DNA of 43,806 nucleotides, taken from NCBI GenBank assembly GCA_013115145.1, contig JAAPAO010000278.1, positions 1 to 43,806 on the forward strand, given 5' to 3'. This DNA comes from Perkinsus chesapeaki ATCC PRA-425. Lineage: Eukaryota; Protista; Perkinsozoa. The position numbers and the translations under genes were made by a program. Under the pieces are notes generated by a model that saw only the letters and a list, made by a program, of their open reading frames with translations, was not told the origin of the DNA and made no database searches. Positions 35,668 through 43,806 of this stretch are shown piece after piece (the stretch's first letter is position 1; each line of letters starts with the position of its first letter).

Positions 35668-37405
35668 ATGTCTGCTGTTGAGAGTACCGAAACCGCTGCC
35701 GTCTTCGAACCCCACAACACGCGTGTTGACACCAACATTAAAGCCTTCAGGCTCTGTCGCGTGTTTCTCAGAAGGTGATAACAACAATCACCCCATAGCG
35801 CAGCATTGCTCCATCGCCGCCGCCTTAATATCAGATATCAAGTGTGGATTGGTACCGCCTCCGCCTTGACCTTGGCCTTGGCGTCTTGGGCCGCCTGCTG
35901 CGGCTACGCCAGTAAGCCTCCAAGTCTGCTATGTTCACCTTGAGGCGTATGGTTCTACTGCCAGGTCTATTGCCTCTAGCTGTTGCCATTCTGATTCCTA
36001 TAATAATGAAGGCTAGAGAGCCGGCGGTGTACTGCGTGGATCACCAGGAGTTCTTTGCACCTAAGGTGAGGCAGGCTCTCCCATTTGCACATGCCGGTGC
36101 ATCGCTGGTTATCTCAGAGCTGGGAAGTTTCCCACGAAGACGTCATCTCAATCATGTCTACACATCCGAATGTTACTGAGGAAAGCAAAGACTTCGCCAG
36201 ACGAGTCCTCACTCACTCGGGCATCGGCTCCGGCAGTGCCCTACCGCCGAACCTGGTAAAGATGAGGCCCGGCGATGTTACAGCAAACTTTTGTTTCAGA
36301 TTAAAAGCCTGAGGACTGGTGAACCATGGTCGGCTAATATGGCAGATGCTAGAGAGGAAATGGAATTCATATTAACCGATATCATACAAGGTCTACTGGA
36401 TAAAACTGGTGTTAAACCCCAACAAATAGACGTAAGTCCACCATGCTTCACAACAGCAGCCGATTTGTTAACTTTTTTCAGTTTCTTGTATTAAATTGTT
36501 CTTTCTTTAACCCAACTCCTTCACTATCTGCGATGGTATCCCATAAGTTTGGATTTAGGAGTGACTGCCTCAGCTACAACCTATCAGGTATGTATTCTTT
36601 GCAATCGCAGCAGTGATGTACAACAGCTCGACCAGGTATGGGATGCTCTGCGAATGGCATCTCCATGGACCTAGGCCGTCGACTCCTTGAGCACGCTCCG
36701 CTCGGTTCACTCTGTGTGGTGGTATCAGCGGAGTCTTATGCTCGCCAATTTTACTCTGGTAATGAGCGAAGCCGTGTCATGTCAAATGTCCTATTTCGCA
36801 ATGGGGCAACGGCCGCGCTTCTCACTAACTGGAATTCTGGAAACTGTAAGTTTTTGGTTGAGCGGTGGTTCAGTTCGACGCCCATCACCGATGGTCTCTC
36901 AGGCAAGTATGAGTTGTTGGATACTGTTCGCGCTCAAGTTGTAAAAGATGAGGCGATCGAAGCTGCTTGGCAAGGGTCCGATAAGGAAGGCCTACTCAGC
37001 CTCTGCCTCAACAAAAGCATCGTTCCCGTCGCTGGCGAGGCGCTTATGCTCAACCTGGAACAGCTCCTTCCTCGCATGAGTAGGCTGCCCAAGTTCTTAC
37101 GCTATTTCAGCCGCAGTGCCCGCTTGGCTCCATCGGACCTGCCCAACGTTGTCGACTTTTTCTGCATCCATGCCGGCGGACGAGCTGTTATTGATAATAT
37201 TATGGAAGTGTTGAATCTAACCGAGAAGGATGTTAACCCATCTAGAGAAAGTCTATCAAGACATGGTAACACGATGAGTACCTCTGTATGGTACGAGATG
37301 GGTATCCTCGAGAAGACCGGCAAGTTGAGGCCCGGCGACAGCGTTCTGCAGATTGCACTGGGGAGCGGCTTCAAGTGCAACACAGCGTTGTGGCTGTGCT
37401 TGTAG
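35668..37405 (+). CDS. Plant-like FAE1/CUT1-type very-long-chain 3-ketoacyl-CoA synthase (KCS)
   Basis: N-terminal TM segments; RVLTHSGIG; LLDKTGVKP; [10 protein letters not shown]; YNLSGMGCSA (catalytic Cys); [10 protein letters not shown] (His); [12 protein letters not shown] (Asn); [15 protein letters not shown]. Confidence 0.93.
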
Positions 37406-37452
37406 ATTATTATTATGTTTGACTTTTATGGTCTGATCATCGACATTTTGCT

Positions 37453-38042
37453 TTAACGCCGCCTTGGAGTTGAGGAAACTCTCCGGCGGTTGGCTAGTCG
37501 ATCGTCGACCTGTACGACAGCAAGGGCGTCGTCCTGTACGCCATTTGCCGTCAACTTTTGTCACCCATCATTCGGGAGGATATGCTCCCTTAATGTTTGC
37601 CACCGTAGAAAGTGTTTCTTCCATGCAAGGACTTGTTTCGTTTCGTTAATAAGAAATATACAGCTTACGAGAAAAGCTGAATTTTCAAAGCCACGTGGAG
37701 GCCCCACGGAGCGTTCACTTGTTTACCTGGTTGGCGAGTTTTTGAAGGTACCAACCGGAACACAATGCTGATTGTAGGACATGTGCTCATTCTGGATCTC
37801 CACTCTTTTATGAGATGCTCGAGATTGGTATGAGCTAAAGGGTATTGTGATGATACTCCAATTTGTCGATGGGACTGTGCTACCATTCCGGATGGCACCC
37901 GTTGAGTTTTGGAATTGGGGCAAGCTGCTCGGTGTGTCGCCAGTTCAGGCTGTTGTTCAATGAGAGTCTTTACTCGGGACTGCCAAAATAGTTAGTTCCT
38001 TGATGGTAACGTACAGTATATTCTAACTGATTTGTGAGGCAT
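37453..38042 (-). CDS. Small hypothetical protein
   Basis: Open exon SRVKTLIEQQPEL...KTRQP bounded by AG/GT. Start and terminal exon tentative. Confidence 0.3.
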
Positions 38043-38077
38043 AGCGTGGAAGGTTTTAGCACTCTCTATTTTTGTGT

Positions 38078-38149
38078 GGCTGTTTGGTCTAGAGGTTAAG
38101 ATTCTGCCTTTGGGCGGTAGAGGCCTGGGTTCGACTCCCAGAACAGCCA
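38078..38149 (+). tRNA. tRNA-Pro(UGG)
   Basis: Acceptor GGCTGTT/AACAGCC, TGGTCTAGAGG D region, anticodon loop TT-TGG-GC, T loop TTCGACT. Confidence 0.95.
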
Positions 38150-38231
38150 CTATATGGACCAGTGATAACTGTCACGATACGGGGGAAGGCCCTACGCCTA
38201 ATCGAAAGTTAGAGTGGAATGGTCTTTTGTA

Positions 38232-40030
38232 ATGACTCATCTCGAATCCGAGAATGCACCTTCTCCCACGGTTGCGCTTCAGCGGTCAAATGCCATTCAC
38301 AGTAAGCTATCGGTGTCATCCCTTAAAAGAAGGTTTCCCCTTTAGGCTCCAATGCTGGCAATGATGCTTCTACTCGAAGCGACCAGGTTTCCGCCGTCTC
38401 TAATCATGAAGTGAGATCGTGGGCATTCTCTCATCCTCGACCTCGTCATTCTCAGGCACGTGGGGCAACAACAATATCAAATAATTCATTGCAGTAAGTA
38501 GCCACTCGGTAGCCGCCTCCGTCACTTGTGTCGGCGGCGCATCTTGGTAGATTTATCAAAAATGTAAGCTCAAGGATTACAAGGAACGCTATGCGGTACG
38601 CTCGACGGAGACTGTGGACGACGGTGAACGAGCTAGCTGGATTGGAGAACTACCGAGACCGCCAGATTCGCATACGCGACGAGTCCATGAGGCGTAGGTC
38701 AGCTCCGGATGGTGCTGTTATCTCTTGCTGCTACGGCTCGATATAGGTTCGCAGAAGACGGTGATCGAAGGATTTCAGAGTAAGCTCGAAGAACTTCGCA
38801 AGGTTGCGATGGAGCTTGAGCGTGAATTAAATGAAGCTGATAGAGAATCGGTAATCGATTGATCCAACCACGAGGCGCCAATCTTGACTTGTAGACCAGA
38901 GAGGGAGTTGCTGAACAGGTTGCCACCAGTCCAAAAGGTATTCTCAGTTTTGTATCCGGCGGCGATAAAGTAAAGAATATGCTCATTGGTGGGCTTCGGG
39001 GTTTGATTCTGACCGGTAACTCCTCAGAATGTTGGCTGCGAGGAGCGTCTTCGGGAGGCTGGAGAGGCTACGAGAATGGTTAGAAGGGAAACAAGACCAT
39101 TGCGGAGAAGACTCCGTAAAATAGTTGAGGACATCGTTACAGATGAACCGTCAATGGAGAGCTCTCTTTCTCGGGTTCTTGATGGCGATGATGATTCAGC
39201 CTTGGTAAGCCTCCTCGGTGATGGGCACTCTACCCAGTAGTATACAAAAGCGTGCCGCATACTGTTAGTTGTCTGCAGTAGAGAGCATATGCCGATCATT
39301 GGGAGAAGGTATATCGGCAAGTAAGAGATCCCATAGAGACGAGATGGACAAGCTTACAGCGGTCACCATTAAATTCCCCCCTTCATCACGCAGTCTCTCG
39401 TAGGAACTCGCTGAAAAGGAAGCTCAAGCCGTAGAGACTCAAAGGGAGCTGCGAAAGCTCGATAAGCTACAAGTCAAGTGCCGCAACCACAGGGCTGCCT
39501 GACCATGTCGAGTTAGGTCTCTGAGATGCAACGCATTGCTGATGAGAAGCGAATACTCGTCCCGGACGAGGTGCGGATGATCATAGAAATAAATCTGTGC
39601 CGAATACCCTTAGTTGGTGGGTCGACTAGCGATTGACCTGTTTCCTTCAGGTAAATATCCTGGCACCCACAGCCTTGCCTCCCCTGGATTCATACTCCAG
39701 AAGGATCAGGAATGAGCGGCAGAAAGTTGGCCACTCTTCGCCTTATTTGACGTATAGCGAAGATGCAGGTGAAGCCACTGGTGGCTCACCGAGGAAGGTC
39801 AGCAGAGTTTGCGAAGACACTATTGATCGGTTCGGCGTCAGGTGAGGCGTCGTGAAGAGTCGAAAAACTTATCCCCTGAAAATGAGGGGTCATGAATGGT
39901 CGATGCATGCCCGGCTGTTGTTTGTTGTTGCTTCTTCTTCCAGTTGCCCGCATTATCTTGTGTTCAGCCAGGAGTTGTCATATAAGGAAGGTGTCAGGTG
40001 CTGAACCTGTTCAATACCATATAAGTTATT
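38232..40030 (+). CDS. Hypothetical coiled-coil protein, multi-exon; 3' end approximate
   Basis: Spliced frame RYARRRLWTTVNEL..QSKLEELRKVAMELERELNEADRES|..EERLREAGEATRMVRRE. Confidence 0.45.
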
Positions 40031-40173
40031 TATAAATATTCACGCCAAATGTGCCATCAGTTGGCTCTGTCCCAGAACACAGTTAATATTTATTGTCATG
40101 TACCTGCTACTCTATAATGACGAAAGGCATGATGTTTGGGAAGGCTTTCCCTACTAGAGTACGTTGCTTTCTG

Positions 40174-40716
40174 ATGAGCTTGTCGGTGCAACAAGCAGCC
40201 AAAGGATTCTTTTGGCTGAACTTACTTTGGAAGGAAGTGGCTGACTACGGGGCGGTAGTAGCAGAGCAGACTACTGAAGTTCACGAAGAGTATTTAGCAG
40301 TTGGCAAGTAAAGGAAAAAGCTATAGCAGTTTGGTATCGGATGAATCGGCTGAATCCGATGAGTTTGTTTGGCCGGCTTCGGATGTACAGACGTTTAACA
40401 ATCTCACTACCGATGGGAGCATAAGAGTATTAATAATACTGTATTATGCTACATGTTGGATACAGAGCTACAGTATTTGACCTGGATACAGTACCAACGA
40501 CTGTCGGTCGTGCGGACTTACGGTCAGGCCCTACCAGCTCGTGGTGGAGCGCTCAAAGCTTTAGCGGCTTATTGTAAAGGCTGTGCAGGTCGTTGTGCCA
40601 CTCGCTCTTCGTGGATCATCATTCTATCATCACAGAAGGATCGACTCCCGCTTTGTGCGGAGTATTTTCCGAAAGTGTGTAACAAACACATTCACATTGT
40701 GAATCATGACATGTGA
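40174..40716 (+). CDS. Small hypothetical protein
   Basis: ORFs 40093-40311 and 40453-40716 can be joined through a middle exon LVSDESAESDEF. Confidence 0.3.
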
Positions 40717-40934
40717 ATCCCACATGGGAACCTACTCTAAGACGCAATACGCTCATGGGAAAGCTGAGAAATAGCCCATTCCATGAAATAGTCTACCGCA
40801 TCATTATGCCTATAAAATAAGACTCTTAATCGACTTATCATGAATCAAGAACTTATGAAGAATCGTTCGAGAGTCATGGCTCATCATCGATGTTCGATAA
40901 AGGGTAATAAATAAGATGCTCGAGTAGATAGCCG

Positions 40935-41762
40935 CTAACACGGAGTAAAGCCTAAACTCACACCTTCAACGAGCCATACAACGAGCTGCCTCTTCATTTG
41001 ATGGTAGCTGATACCCTGACCACTTATCCAATACTTCTCTTCAGATGGATATATTCTACTTCCGTAAGGCTTCAACCATTGTTCGAAGTTTGGGTCAAAT
41101 GCCATGAGAAGCTTTATGATATCCGTGGTAGAGTTCCTCACAAGAGTTATTCTAAATCCATTGGGGGAGGCATAGTCAGAATCGTGGAAGTTCATCACAA
41201 ACTTACCGAGCGGCGTGCCATCCTTGCTAATGGTGCAAGTTCTATCAAATATCACACCATGGTCTACGATGTCCGATCGAAAGCCGAAGGCGATCTCGTA
41301 ACCATGGTGGGAGCAGGAGTTTTGCTCGATGAGCGATAGGTAGCATCTTCTATAACCCATATTGATCTGGTTAGGTCCCTCCCCGAAGATAACTGTGAGG
41401 TGGCCATCCAAGGTGGGAGTGGTATCTCCTGCATTAAAGAAGCCCACAGGCAAGCCCATTTGCGAGACAAAGTTGTCTATGTTGTGAAAAGGATTCGTGC
41501 TGAGCAGCTTGATAGTAGGCAGCGATGCATTGAACCAGGCGGAGACTCGCACGATTTGCTCCGTTGGTGTGACGCCATAAAGTTCCACGGTTTTGTTAGC
41601 CGGACTCGTGGACTGAGCTTCTCTAGCAAATATCATGACCATTTCAACCCCTTTGAGGGGAGAGTAATACTCTACACAATAGGCGCCGCCCTGCGGTGGA
41701 GAGGCGGTGATGCCTGTGGATAGGGTGGCTGCAACCAGGATGAGACGGAGAGCTCGTGCCAT
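40935..41762 (-). CDS. Intronless secreted protein of 275 aa, apparently two beta-rich modules
   Basis: Signal peptide MARALRLILVAATLSTGITA-; each half ends in a similar motif (MGYRRC and LGFTPC*). Confidence 0.75.
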   Translation of the reverse strand: MARALRLILVAATLSTGITASPPQGGAYCVEYYSPLKGVEMVMIFAREAQSTSPANKTVELYGVTPTEQIVRVSAWFNASLPTIKLLSTNPFHNIDNFVSQMGLPVGFFNAGDTTPTLDGHLTVIFGEGPNQINMGYRRCYLSLIEQNSCSHHGYEIAFGFRSDIVDHGVIFDRTCTISKDGTPLGKFVMNFHDSDYASPNGFRITLVRNSTTDIIKLLMAFDPNFEQWLKPYGSRIYPSEEKYWISGQGISYHQMKRQLVVWLVEGVSLGFTPC

Positions 41763-42156
41763 TCGAACTGTACAAAGGAGGCGGTATCAACAACTGTGGT
41801 GGAACTCTTGAGCTTGAATAAGTGAAGAGTTGGATGCTCGAGATCATTCTAACACGTGGAATTTGAGGATAGTGTCGTTGGCGGTGCAGTGGGCCGAATG
41901 CTCCGCTAGTAACGCGTATCCTCGACCTTCGATAGAAGTGCCCCTCACAGGCACCATATTCCCCCTGGCACCCCGCCCTTACGCCTGAGCCGCAAGCAAA
42001 GTTTAGCTCCGATCGCTATGTGCTCGCGTACCCTTCCTCAAGCTGTGAGGGAACTCTCGAACGACCCCGAATCTGTTGTAGTTTGACCGTACTGGTCATT
42101 GGTATCGCCAGTTACCAGTCATCCTCATGATGTTGCCGAGTTGTCACTGGGAAGAA

Positions 42157-42220
42157 CTGTTCTTGAGCCACAAGATGCCACACTGTAGCTACAGTGTGGC
42201 ATCTTGTGGCTCAAGAACAG
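42157..42220. repeat. Perfect 64-bp palindrome with no spacer
   Basis: ctgttcttgagccacaagatgccacactgtag|ctacagtgtggcatcttgtggctcaagaacag; the 32-bp arms are exact reverse complements. Confidence 0.97.
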
Positions 42221-42851
42221 GGCTGTGGCTGTAGCAGCTACCGCGGGCAAACCCTTATCACACGGCTTGGATCAGAAATACGACTGTGCAATACGATGGG
42301 CAAGCTTCCTTCAATAACGCCTCACGACGGTTAATGAGCTTGGGAGAGCCATCACGACGACGAGTGTTAATTTCGTACACCAGAGTACGTGGAGAGCGGC
42401 ATGTGGCGCAGCTTCCATGCCCAACTCATTGAAACGGGTTACTCAAGATGATACTATAACTCACCAATTATCTCATTCAACTACGTCTTCAAGGTGCCAT
42501 CTTTACTTCCTTATCGCGAAACTCTTGGCTATCGACTTTTGTTTCCCGAAATATCGCAGTTCGTATATGAATGCTTGTACGCATAACGCATGCCTTTTCG
42601 ACGCCTACCCGAGAAAAAGTAAATTCGCGAGGATGCCGATGAAAATACCCGGTGGCTCACCAACAAAGATTTGCCGCGTTTACGGTCATTTCAATGCAAG
42701 AGTTGGAGAGGCTTCCCCTCAGAAGTTCAGTGGAAATGACAGTTCGCTAGCGGCCACATCATGTGGCCCACATGCCTTTATTTGATCTTCGGTAAGTACG
42801 CTTTATCTTGCGTTTAGCTAAAAGGTATGTGGAGGCGTCACGGTCAGTTTG

Positions 42852-43806
42852 ATGCTGAACTTGTTGAATATCTTGCTACTTCCGATACTTAGTATCAGAG
42901 TATCCAGTCTGGAGGTCGCGACCCAGAATTGGTCCTGTCCAGGACAAACGCACACTCTATGCATAGCAGTTGATCCGTATTATCTACAGAATCAACCGTT
43001 TAGAGATCCACAGCTACCGCTACTCACCACACACCTTGCGTAAGCAGCTGCAAATTGTACCCTACAATATTGCGCACATAAAACTCCTGCTTTCCTAAGG
43101 TGTACTCGCAACCACACGTCGACGTTTGAGCTTCCATTCGATCCACACCCGGAAGGAACGGATAGCTCGACCCAGGTGGTGGTGAGATGGCTAACCCATC
43201 TACTGGTAGCATCGAATATGTCCTGCGATTGGACCTATATCATACCTAAAGAGTCTTATGTCAACGTGGATGCATTACACCAGCGATTGGGTTTATTTGA
43301 TTCTGAGTTAGTCTGGATGTTTGGCAGAATGGTCGGTCGGCTATCACTAGTTCACGCGTATGTTCGAACAGGGGCTTCCTCCAGGCATATCTATGGTATC
43401 AGGTTCTACAATGGCCGCCGAGTAAAATCACCAATCCTGAGGTCCGGCGTAATCGTTTCCAAAGGAGCCATGTCCGTACTTGAAGACTCTCATCCATCGG
43501 GACAAGTAGAGCCATTTTGGTCCATTGCTTCACAATTTGCAACAGATCGACGTTGGTTTGGCGGAAGCGTGGGTCGTTAGAAGTCGCCAGGAGATACCGG
43601 ATGGACAAGATCAAACGAGCAGTGTTGACGGTGTACGATAGCATCATCCAGATCCCATTTCACATTGGGCACTCCATCAGATGGAGTCCATCTCAGGTTG
43701 GATACCGAGAAGAAGACTACGCGTTCGCGATGTATCTCGTGGCATCGACTAGCTTCCAGCTGCAATTGTCGAATTTCGGCTCCTACAGACAGCACTTTCT
43801 CATTGC
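42852..43806 (+). CDS. Putative secreted protein, multi-exon, probably running off the window
   Basis: Signal-like MLNLLNILLLPILSIRVSS-; GTAAGC..TAAG intron; exon 43100-43580; a further open frame continues to the window end. Confidence 0.45.

Noticed and set aside
2820-36905. Stop-free introns of 3n length (phnA 45 nt, MATE 45 nt, KCS 57 nt) as regulated intron retention
   Set aside because: These are expected by chance among many short introns, and there is no expression evidence.

Overview
Compact, intron-rich eukaryotic DNA with short GT-AG introns and genes often only 70-300 bp apart. It is most likely Perkinsus (Perkinsozoa); this is inferred from gene structure, a plant-like FAE1 KCS and lineage-specific secreted proteins, not from a database search. 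I spliced the gene models by hand, so exon boundaries are approximate. Left to right: a hypothetical gene; an intron-containing phosphonoacetate hydrolase (PhnA) with a mitochondrial-type presequence; a GcvR-like tandem-ACT protein; a MORN-repeat protein; three tRNAs, two of them tRNA-Thr nested antisense in introns; a WD40 protein; a large hypothetical gene (weakly FERM-like); a secreted Cys-rich protein; an omega-like GST; a MATE transporter; a signal-peptide-bearing Mn-type SOD; two three-RRM paralogs bracketing two signal-peptide-bearing GNAT-fold genes; a FAE1-type 3-ketoacyl-CoA synthase; tRNA-Pro; hypothetical and secreted genes; and a perfect 64-bp palindrome. The strongest candidates for novelty are the secreted GNAT pair, the organelle-targeted PhnA next to an ACT gene, the secreted Mn-signature SOD, the intron-nested tRNAs and the palindrome. 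No CRISPR array, rRNA or intact mobile element was seen.
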